A stretch of 64,000 bases of DNA from Histomonas meleagridis 2922-C6/04-290x. Taxonomy: Eukaryota > Protista > Parabasalia. This document shows, in pieces, positions 20,030 to 29,352 of the stretch. A program made the translations under genes and the position numbers. The notes below the pieces were generated by a model, which was given only the letters and a program-made list of their open reading frames with translations, ran no database searches and had not been told where the DNA came from. The DNA is taken from positions 1 to 64,000 of the forward strand of contig JAANOX010000048.1 of NCBI GenBank assembly GCA_020184695.1, given 5' to 3'. Within the stretch, counting starts at the first letter, position 1; every line of letters starts with the position of its first letter.

Positions 20030-23000
20030 TAATGTATTCCTTGTTCTATAAGTATAAGTATAATATAGAGATTTACATTTTTTAGGTGCTAATTCCATTC
20101 CTGAAAATTTGCAAAACTTTTCAACTGTATTTAACATGTTATTCGTATTTTCTTCTGAACTAGACATTAAAATAACGTCGTCTGCATAAGCTTGAATATT
20201 AAATCTAAGTATTTCATTATTGATTTCGTCTTCAATTAATATACCATCATCTTTATTTTTAATTTAAATTGCTTTTGATAGCGGTTCTAAACATTAATTG
20301 AATAATGTAGGTGATAAAGGAAATCCTTGTTTTACACCTCGTTTGACGAATATTGGTCTAGAATTAGTTCCTTTATAATATATTTCCGTGTTTATTTAAA
20401 TTTTTGATAATATTAATGAACTTATCTGGGAAACCTTTGGCTTTTAATTCCCAAGTAATTAATTCATAAGGTAATGTGCCAAAAGCATTAATAAAATCTG
20501 AAGCTGTAATATAAATACTTTGTTTCTTCTTTCTGGCATTAGAAATTAATTCATTAATTGTTTCAATATGTCATGCTGCTTTATTAAATCCTTCTTTAAA
20601 TCCTTTTTGAACTTCATTAATAATATTGACTTTATAATTGATATTTTGAATACATTTCGAATTCAGACAAAAGATAATTCGATATAAATTGGTTACCAAG
20701 ATCTTAATTCTTCTGGTGCTTCTTTCTTATATAATAAAATACTTTTTGATGATTTCCAACTTTCTGGAATTCTTTCATATAAAATCATATAAGAAACTAT
20801 ATATTTAATAATTTTAGATGTAATATTAATATTGGATTTCCAAATTGAGTTAGAAATACCGTCAATACCATGACTACTTAAATTTGGTCTAGATCTAATG
20901 ACTTCTTTAATTCTATCTTTATCTAATAACATAGTAATGAATAAATCTTTATCTTCTTTTTCAAAACAATTATATTAATTCCATTTAGAATCATTATTAG
21001 GTGGATGAAAATCAATTTTATAGTTACATTCATTTTTAAAGAATTCTTCAAATTGATTTAAAGGGAAAGGACATTCTGGTGTAGGATTTTTACTGATATG
21101 CCAATTAATACATTTTCTAGGATCTTCTTGATATAAATTTTGAATCTTTTCTAAATATTTTTCACTTAAAATACCACTTTTGGTAGCAATTTCATCTTCT
21201 AATGTATTCTTAATCCAGTTAAATTTCATATTTCGAAATTCTTCTTCTTCATTTATAAAAGATCTAATATCTTGAATTTCTCTTCCTCCGAATGTTCTGT
21301 TAATTAATTCATCATCTAATTTATGTAAAATATTTACAAATTTATCTTCAATGATTGATATACTATTTAAGATATTTTGATTTTGTTCTCGATTATTTAA
21401 TTCTAAATATTTCTCAATATTTGAAATGAGATTTGTAATATTTCTTTCTTTTTCATAACTAATTCGTTCTCTTCTTAATTCTTCTTCGTTATTATTGTTT
21501 TTGTTTAGAATTGGTCGTCTTCTTAACATTTTGTTAATTGGGATCTTTAAAACTGTTCGAATAGTTTTTCTGACGGAAAGAATCATTTTTGCTATAATTC
21601 CTTCCATTATAAACCATTATTGATCATTAATTTGATAGTTGTTTTTAATTTTGATCTTCTTCATTAATAAAATAATTTTATTCTTTAATAATATACTTAT
21701 AGGTTTTCTCGAAGATCTTCTAATCTTCTCTGTACATTTAAATATATTAATTCCATTTAATTCTTCTCGTTCGCATTTCTTGATCCATTTTTTTGCTTTA
21801 TTTAATAAATTATCTAAATTTTCTTGTTCTAGATTATTGGGTTGATTATTATTATTAATGATAGTAATATTTGGAATAATTCTTTCTTCTTCATTTTGAT
21901 AATGTAATTGTTGATCTTCTTCATTATTATTATTAACTTTTTCTATTTGTTGATTAATTACAACATTGTTCTCAATTCTTTGAATCATTCTTCTATTTCT
22001 TAATCTTTGTCTTTCTTCACTTTCTCTTCTTCTATTAATTATTTCTTCATTATTATTATCATCATTATTGTTATTTATTTGATTTTGTTGTACTGGTTGT
22101 TGTATATTGATAGGTTCATCTTCAGCTCTTCTAATTCTTTCTCTAATGTTTTTCATTTCATCTTCATTCTCTTTACATTTAGATTTGATAAATCTAATTT
22201 TATCTTCTGTTAATTCTTTATTAATGTGAGATTTAGCAATAGCATCTTCAAATTTTCCTTGATTTCCTGCTACTCTAGATGCACCATGCATCGATTTAGC
22301 ATGTAAACCTATATTATTTATTGAGGTTCCAATGGCTCTGCAATAATTACATTCTTTAATCTTTTTGGACTTAAACAATTTCTTTATAGTTGGTGGGTTC
22401 CTTTTCAATGGATGCTTCACCCATTGTAAAATCATTGCCCAAAACCAACCATAAATGTTCTTATCTTTGTTGTATTGTGGATGAACTTTTCGAACATGAT
22501 TAGCTAATCCTGTTTTTAAGTCACCTACATATTTACAACTTGAACAAAAACAATTCCATAAAGTTTTCCGATGAGTTTTCCTTTTATTACCATTACTTTC
22601 AAATGTGATAATTTTCCAAAATGTTTTCTTATTTTAATTGATCCAATTGTTTCTAATATTTGATTCCCTTTTAATATTTTATTATGAACTTCTCTTTGAT
22701 GTATATCTAATAATGTATTAGAATGTGTTGCGAAACCACATGTATGTGAACAGACAAATGTATTAACACCTGGCCATTTCCTTTTAATAACTATTAAGTT
22801 TGTAATATAATGTTCTTCCAAGGGTTTATTATCATCTATCCAATCTGAAATATTATTAATATTATACGAAATTAATTTATCGATTATTTCTTTTAAATCT
22901 TTATCAGAGTTAACATTCCTTAACTCTTCAATTAAATCTTTTGGTTTGTGTGATAATTCTCTATTATTTTATTCATATTCATGATTATTTCTTTCATTAT

Positions 23001-24912
23001 TGTTATTATTATTTGTATTCTGTGTAACATTTACATTATTTTCATTATCATGATTTGAATTTTGAGTATTATTTTCAATATCTTGATTAATCCCTTTGTA
23101 TGTTAATTGATAATTTTGTTGTTGTTGTTATATTACATTATTATTAAATCTGAAGTTTGGTACTGGTATCTCAATGTCGATTTGTTTGGGTATTATGTTG
23201 AAATTAAATCTTGGTATATCTATGGGAACTGAAATATCTCTAAAATTATATTTCATGACATCTATATCCATTTTGATCCGATCTTCGTAGAAATCTATCT
23301 TTGGGATTTCAACAGGAACATCAATTTTACTTTCTACTAATTGATAATTTGGCTTTTCAATAGGTATTAAAATATCTTTAGGTTTATATACAAAATTAGG
23401 TATATTAACTGGAACGTCAATTTTATTTTTAACTATATTAAACTCTGGCTTTTCAATTGGTACTTGATATTTATGGTAATCTGGAATACCTATTTCGAAT
23501 GTAGTTGGATTTCTAACGTAATTCGGTATATCTATGGGATATTCTATGTCACGTTGAATTAATTGATAATTAGGAATTTCTATATTGATTGGCATTTGTG
23601 CCATAAAAAAGGCAGGAATATTAATTTCTTGATTAAATAATGTAATTTTAGTTTCTGGGATTCTAATAGGAATTATTTCACGCTCGATAGAAACTTCTGG
23701 TATTTTTATTTTAGTTTCTTCTTCATTTATATGAACTTGATTATAGTTTCCATAATTGTTTCTAAAGTTATTCTCTAATATGTGTAGGATAAAAGATAAT
23801 AGTCTATTTCTTAACTCATTTATTTTCTCATTTCTAATCATTAATTCATCACTTACTTCTTCAATAATTGGAATCGAATCACCTATTTCACAATTGATTA
23901 GTTCCCCATTATTTTTAATTTTTTTGACTCTAGGGTCATTATTCAGAGGAATTTGGGGGATATTATTGATATTGTTTAAGTCAATATTATCTATAATTAA
24001 ACCACCATCTATAAATTGAATTGGTAAACCTGGAACTGTTAAACCCATGTTTCTATTAATTAATCCTAACCAAGGTGGAGAGTTATTAAAATTAAAATCA
24101 ATGTTTCTAAATAAAATCAAAATTGGAATGTTAGAATTATTACTAATAACGTTTCTTGGTATTAAAATATTTGTCTCTGGAATTCCAAGAAATTCTCTAA
24201 CTGTAGGGATTTTGTTACGAATTTTAACATGACTAATAATTATCGACCAAATATAACCGTTAGTGGCAAATGATTGATCTAAGATTTTTAACTGGTTTAT
24301 GTGATCGGCGAAATGCTGCCGAAAATCATCAGGGTTTTTAATAAAATAATTACAATTTGGTAAAGGACATTTACGTATAACAAAATTTTCTTCATGAGTA
24401 TAAAATGAAAATGGTATTAAATTGTTGATAATATTTGGAACTTGGAATTTGATTTTTTCATATAAACAAGCGTATAATGTAAGTTCGTGAGGTAAGAAAC
24501 GCTTTAGTTGGTTGATTTCTTGTGGTTCATGCTTTTCTTCCAAATATGCATGTTTGATGCATTCTGAAAATGTATAAAAAATTCGTTGACAAAGTGGATA
24601 AAACAAACATGGGAATGTGTTTTGTGATGGAATAAGGTTGTAGGTGCTAAATTGAAGTGATTCTGTGATGGGTAAATTTATCACATTTTTCGAGATTTCT
24701 CCGTTAAGACTAATGATACCTCTAGATGTGTTGGGGTCGTTCTGGAGGTGTTCCTGTTGTGTTCTGTATAGCCTATCGATGATTTCTGGAGAAATTATCT
24801 CGAAATTATTTATCTCCGAAAAAATTTTTTCCGTCCAAAAAAAATTCTTAATAAGGTTATCAGGGGTGCTGATTACGGTAGTATCATTATCTCGACTTAA
24901 AATTGCTTGCAT
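20030..24912 (-). mobile_element. Decayed R2/NeSL-like (early-branching) non-LTR retrotransposon: zinc fingers plus RT, C-terminal endonuclease absent
   Basis: One largely colinear frame from ATG 24912, with five C2H2-like fingers. RT motifs: SHGIDGI, IPESWK.SKSILLYKK, QKGF, DFINAFGT, GVKQGFPLSPTLFN, QAYADDVIL, FSGMELAPKKC. At least 8 stops/frameshifts lie below 23130. Confidence 0.85.
23128..24912 (-). CDS. Intact 594-aa N-terminal ORF of the retroelement: two C2H2-like zinc fingers plus Ile/Pro-rich ~16-aa repeats
   Basis: C..C..H..H patterns CQRIFYTFSECIKHAYLEEKH and CPLPNCNYFIKNPDDFRQHFADH; repeats such as PIEKPNYQLVESKIDV. Ends at a TAA inside a CAA run, and the frame continues past it. 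Confidence 0.6.
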   Translation of the reverse strand: MQAILSRDNDTTVISTPDNLIKNFFWTEKIFSEINNFEIISPEIIDRLYRTQQEHLQNDPNTSRGIISLNGEISKNVINLPITESLQFSTYNLIPSQNTFPCLFYPLCQRIFYTFSECIKHAYLEEKHEPQEINQLKRFLPHELTLYACLYEKIKFQVPNIINNLIPFSFYTHEENFVIRKCPLPNCNYFIKNPDDFRQHFADHINQLKILDQSFATNGYIWSIIISHVKIRNKIPTVREFLGIPETNILIPRNVISNNSNIPILILFRNIDFNFNNSPPWLGLINRNMGLTVPGLPIQFIDGGLIIDNIDLNNINNIPQIPLNNDPRVKKIKNNGELINCEIGDSIPIIEEVSDELMIRNEKINELRNRLLSFILHILENNFRNNYGNYNQVHINEEETKIKIPEVSIEREIIPIRIPETKITLFNQEINIPAFFMAQMPINIEIPNYQLIQRDIEYPIDIPNYVRNPTTFEIGIPDYHKYQVPIEKPEFNIVKNKIDVPVNIPNFVYKPKDILIPIEKPNYQLVESKIDVPVEIPKIDFYEDRIKMDIDVMKYNFRDISVPIDIPRFNFNIIPKQIDIEIPVPNFRFNNNVI

Positions 24913-24929
24913 ATAAAAAATCAAAAAAA

Positions 24930-25002
24930 TGTACCACCCAGGACTCGAACCTGGAATCTCATGCTCCGTAGGCACACGCCTTATCCATTGGGCCAGTGGT
25001 AC
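24930..25002 (-). tRNA. tRNA-Arg (anticodon ACG)
   Basis: 73 nt. Acceptor stem GTACCAC/GTGGTAC plus discriminator A, D-arm TGGCCCAATGGATAAGGC, anticodon loop CT-ACG-GA, T-arm CCAGG-TTCGAGT-CCTGG. T7 Pol III terminator at 24923-24929. Confidence 0.95.
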
Positions 25003-25137
25003 TTCTGATAACAATTTAATTTGATTTATAAAAGTATCTATGCCTAACATTTTAGTTAAATCTTAATTTATTAAGTGCTCAGCAAACAGCAAATAAAAAC
25101 AAAAAATAGATAAGTTAATGAAAAAGCTATTTACAAT

Positions 25138-26181
25138 TTAAAAATCCAAGGTGAAATCTAATGATTGTATTATGCCGAACAATTGATCCTCAGTTAAGTC
25201 AAATTGAGGATGAATCATTGAGTTCTTTGGTGAATCAGAGGTGAGTAGCCATGTTGGTGAATCTATTCTTGTCTTGTTGTATTCTTCTTCTCCCTTTGGC
25301 TTAAACTCTTTAAATTCTATTGAACAATCTTGTGTAACAATTGCTACAGATGCGTAATTATTAATACCGCAATAATCCGAGTTTGAGAATATTGTGATAC
25401 AGTTTCCTTCCTCTCCAAAAGGATATTCGTATCCAAATTGGCAATATTCGTGAGACCTTATTAATTTGGAAAGATTATTGGAATCCAAAAAAGACTTTAA
25501 ATTGGCCGCGTTGAAAAAGCAGCCAGCTCCTCTGTCATTAGGTTTGAAATCTTCAATGTCCATTCTTGGATCACTCCATAATATTCCATTTGATATGGGT
25601 GAATCAGATATGAGCATAGGTCGAGTTAAGCTCTCTATGTCTTCTAATGTTGTTAGCTCGGGTGTAATTCCGCCATGAACGCAAAAAATTGAGTTATTAA
25701 CAACAGCTGCAAATGGCATATAGCTAAAGCAATTAATAAACATTTCATATATTTCCGTAGACAGCTTAGTCTCGCATTCTTGCTTAAAGCCAAAAATTGA
25801 TGTTAATTCTTCACATTCATGATTTCCCCTCAAAATATAGATATTTTGTGGGTAAAGAACCTTAAGAGAAAACAACAGTAAAAGTACCTCAACACTACAT
25901 GCTCCTCTATCGACATAGTCCCCTAAAAATAGGAAATTCTGTTCTGGCGGATAATTGCATGTCTGTAAAATCCGAATGAGATCATCAACATTACCATGGA
26001 TGTCTCCAACGATGGTGATTTCTCCATTTATTCTTAAAAGGCTTTTCTCATTTTTGAAGATTTCTTGGACGTTTTCGATCAATTGGGTGATAGTCGACTG
26101 TAATGGCAGAGCTTCTTCAGAGTTTGGGTGGCGTGAGTTTAATATTTTCGAAACGACTTCGTCGAGTTCGTTGCGGTCCAT
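25138..26181 (-). CDS. PPP-family Ser/Thr protein phosphatase (PP1-like)
   Basis: GDIHG, GDYVDRG, RGNHE, HGG, WSDP, IRSHE, TIFS..DYCG. ATG at 26181. Confidence 0.92.
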   Translation of the reverse strand: MDRNELDEVVSKILNSRHPNSEEALPLQSTITQLIENVQEIFKNEKSLLRINGEITIVGDIHGNVDDLIRILQTCNYPPEQNFLFLGDYVDRGACSVEVLLLLFSLKVLYPQNIYILRGNHECEELTSIFGFKQECETKLSTEIYEMFINCFSYMPFAAVVNNSIFCVHGGITPELTTLEDIESLTRPMLISDSPISNGILWSDPRMDIEDFKPNDRGAGCFFNAANLKSFLDSNNLSKLIRSHEYCQFGYEYPFGEEGNCITIFSNSDYCGINNYASVAIVTQDCSIEFKEFKPKGEEEYNKTRIDSPTWLLTSDSPKNSMIHPQFDLTEDQLFGIIQSLDFTLDF

Positions 26182-26992
26182 CCCAAACAAAATCTGACAA
26201 ACCGTAAATTCTATTCATTGCACTTGCCGATTAATTGTGACTGAAGATCAAACAAACTTCGTAAAACGAAATTGAGAGAATAAATGGTTTCATAAAATCT
26301 ATCTCAAGGGTACATTCGCACGCAATTCCATTGAATGAGTATATAACTTATTTTTATCACAAAACTCTAGTTATTCCCTTGTTAAGGCTTAAGCCTTAAA
26401 CCCAAAATTTGATCAAATAAAATACATTTTACTTATTGTGCTATTCTTTTTTTCGACAGATAATTTAAATGAACTTAAACCTGATACCTTTATGTAGTGG
26501 TGGGCACATATACTTTATGTCTTGCTTAATGAATATAAATTCTTCAAATAACAATGGCAAATTTTCTTCAATTCTTTATTTCAACTAAATTAAGGCTAAA
26601 TTTGAGACCCCAACAACAATGGTATAATATTCACCATGCAAAAACATTAAAATTCAATTTTTATAAATTAATGAAAATTAGCAAAATATTTTATTAAGGC
26701 AAATACAAACACAAGCTAGCTAATGCCACAAACTTTTGGTGAATTTATTATGGAAGAATTCTATGTTTTGAAAAATACTATATATATGTATAATATTAAA
26801 TGAACGAATTCACTTTTTTCGTAACTACTTGAACAACCGCTCACGCTGTACTTGTGTTTAAATTTAAACAAAACTAATTATAAAGAAACAAATCGAATCA
26901 AGAATCAATCAAAATTTTAAATTAAAATGAATTGAAATATATAATGTCCTAGATGTGGTTAATCTGTTATTAAAGACTATTTCTTTTATTTC

Positions 26993-27646
26993 ATGAAATT
27001 TCCGTTTGGCGCTACCAGACGAATTCTTGCAAGAATTGTCACTTTTCAAGATCACCAACTTTGGAAAATGGATACTTTTATGTTTGTTGATCCTGAAGAA
27101 TTCGAAGAGGAAGAAGAAATTGGTGAAGAGTACACACAAGTGCTTTTAATGGGATTAGATGGATCAGGAAAAACAAGTGTATTCAAAAATTTTGTTTATA
27201 ATGATTTCTTCTCCAAACCAGAATCAACTGGAATGAGAGGACATTTCAGATTCAATTATAAAGGGCATAACATATTTATACAAGAGTTGGGAGGAAGGTT
27301 TAGGTATCATGAATTTTGGGAAAAATATTATAATTCAAAGCGTGCTTTAATATGGGTTGTTGACTCTATTGACAGAGGTCGAGTAACAGAATCAAAAGAG
27401 AAATTAGATGAAATTCTAGGTGATAAACGTTTAGGCTCAATTCCAATTCTTTTGATTTTTAACAAACAAGATGGGAAGTACAAAATGACTGATGAACTTC
27501 TAGATGAAAAATTTCCAGTAAATCACTTTCAAGACAAAAAGATTAAGATGATAAAAACAAACTTTATAACACTCGAAAATATGAATGAAGGATTCGATTG
27601 GCTTATTGAGCAAATGGATAGTCCAATACAGAATAGTAATGAATAA
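26993..27646 (+). CDS. ARF/ARL-family small GTPase
   Basis: GLDGSGKT, QELGGR (DxGGQ equivalent), IWVVDSIDRGR, NKQD. Confidence 0.82.
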   Translation: MKFPFGATRRILARIVTFQDHQLWKMDTFMFVDPEEFEEEEEIGEEYTQVLLMGLDGSGKTSVFKNFVYNDFFSKPESTGMRGHFRFNYKGHNIFIQELGGRFRYHEFWEKYYNSKRALIWVVDSIDRGRVTESKEKLDEILGDKRLGSIPILLIFNKQDGKYKMTDELLDEKFPVNHFQDKKIKMIKTNFITLENMNEGFDWLIEQMDSPIQNSNE

Positions 27647-27714
27647 ATATTATTTCAAAGGAATTTTCATTTAACAGAACATGTTAAAAAATTGACTTAT
27701 TTCTGTTCTTTGGT

Positions 27715-28056
27715 ATGAGTGGGAATTTAACAGTTTATCTCTTTGTCAAAGGAAAAGTACAAAATGTTATGTTTAGGCAGACGATTATGAGAGGATCTAT
27801 AAGTCGTGGTGTTGTTGCTGGTGCAACAAATAATAGGCAAGATAGACAAAGAGTTGATATTACACTTGAAGGTCCTGAAGACAAAGTAAATGAAATTATT
27901 GAAGGATTACGGTCAGGCAAGAAACTAAATTCTTGGGGAGCGCATTGTACTTCTGTCGAGATATTAACATCCGGAAAAAAGCCATTAGAGCATGAAGTTA
28001 ACACATCAAATGTTGACAATATCAAGTGGAAAAAAGGTGTAGAATTTTATTTATAA
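27715..28056 (+). CDS. Acylphosphatase family protein
   Basis: VKGKVQNVMFRQT resembles GxVQGVxFR; conserved Asn (ATN); V.I.LEG..DKV..II..L; 113 aa. Confidence 0.72.
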   Translation: MSGNLTVYLFVKGKVQNVMFRQTIMRGSISRGVVAGATNNRQDRQRVDITLEGPEDKVNEIIEGLRSGKKLNSWGAHCTSVEILTSGKKPLEHEVNTSNVDNIKWKKGVEFYL

Positions 28057-28297
28057 GTAAAAAATCTGCTGTTTTAAAGAATTGATACTTTATACTTTAC
28101 AAAGCGACACATCCAGTCATTGCGTAATTTCCAAATTATTAAATCATTGAAACTTTACATTTAAGTAACACATGAGTTAGAAGATCAATTAAAAAAGAAT
28201 TAGCAACGATAAAGTCAAATGAATTAAAAATCATCGTATTCAAATTCAAAAACTGAAACAAAGAATTAAAAGATAAAGTAAAAAAAGGTTGCACAAT

Positions 28298-29242
28298 TTA
28301 TGCCAAAACCAAAAGGGCATCAGAGGCAACACCGCATTGATTGTTCTTGTTACGGCTCATACGGATGTAACCATTTTCACCCCATGATGTACCCCATGAG
28401 TTACGGACAATCCAGTAGTCAACACCATTGTCGGTACCATAACCAACGCAACCAACGGCATGGTTAAGGTTGTATGATGAGCATCTTGAGTCATTGTAAA
28501 CACCAGATGTGTAAAGTTGGAATGAGTATGATGAAGCATCGATAGCAATATCGCAAACACCACGTGTAAGAAGTTCGGCTAAGTAATCTTCATCACCTTC
28601 GATACCATGTTCGTAGCTCTTGATTTGGATGACCTTCTTGGAAGCATCAAATTTGCAAGAGCCTTCATATGCCTTGTATGGATAGTCATCTTCTGCCATT
28701 AAGTAACCACTTTGTTTTTTAAGGATGTAATCTAATGCGCTTGATTCAAGACCACCATTGCAGCCAGAGCAGCTTGTAACGCAATCAACAAGGTTTTGTT
28801 CAGAGCATGAGTAAAGCTTTCCTGTAGCAAGAGCATAAGCAGATTCGCAAGCTTGAACTGTACCGAAAGCCCAGCATGAACCACATTGACCTTGATCCTT
28901 AACTTCGTTAACAATTTTCTTTTGACGCCAATCAACTGATTCGTCAGCCTTGACCTTGTTAAGTTTCTTGACTGTGTTTCTGTTTTCACCGTTTGGCTTA
29001 TGACCGAGGAGTGAAAGGTATTCTGCGTGTGTTAAAGCAGCAAACTTGTTTAATGAAACCTTGAATGTTGATGCTTGGTTGTGTTCTTGAACAAAGCGTG
29101 AGTTAGCAAGATAAATACCTAATCTCATCTTGTATTCGTCACCAGTGTAAAGGGTGTTTGAAGAACGCATCCATGAAAGGAATGACTTTTCTTCGTGGCT
29201 TTTGATTGTAACTGCAGAAGCAAGTGCAATGAAAGCAAACAT
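28298..29242 (-). CDS. Cathepsin L-like papain-family (C1A) cysteine protease
   Basis: Signal peptide and prodomain (LNKFAALT), QGQCGSCWAF, LNHAVGCVGYG, YWIVRNSWG. GC-richer, high-expression codon usage. ATG at 29242. Confidence 0.95.
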   Translation of the reverse strand: MFAFIALASAVTIKSHEEKSFLSWMRSSNTLYTGDEYKMRLGIYLANSRFVQEHNQASTFKVSLNKFAALTHAEYLSLLGHKPNGENRNTVKKLNKVKADESVDWRQKKIVNEVKDQGQCGSCWAFGTVQACESAYALATGKLYSCSEQNLVDCVTSCSGCNGGLESSALDYILKKQSGYLMAEDDYPYKAYEGSCKFDASKKVIQIKSYEHGIEGDEDYLAELLTRGVCDIAIDASSYSFQLYTSGVYNDSRCSSYNLNHAVGCVGYGTDNGVDYWIVRNSWGTSWGENGYIRMSRNKNNQCGVASDALLVLA

Positions 29243-29337
29243 TTTTTTGAAGTGCAAACCCATACAACCGACATATTCAATTTTCACAGCATCGGTTGAA
29301 AATTTGAAAAGATCACCTCATTCAAAATTGAATACAA

Positions 29338-29352
29338 AAACAGTGCTTTTAG
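29338..29352. repeat. Left 15-bp target-site duplication AAACAGTGCTTTTAG
   Basis: Identical to 31085-31099 and directly abuts the TGT terminus. Confidence 0.92.

Noticed and set aside
1-23130. Stop-codon reassignment (TAA/TAG as Gln/Glu) suggested by many in-frame stops in the mobile elements
   Set aside because: Long host genes (ATR, cyclase, SAC) have no in-frame TAR and end in TAA/TAG/TGA. The affected regions also have frameshifts and deletions, so ordinary decay explains the stops.
24913-25050. N-terminal extension of the 640-aa ORF through the tRNA
   Set aside because: The translated segment is the tRNA-Arg gene, which happens to lack stops in that frame. ATG 24912 is the plausible start.
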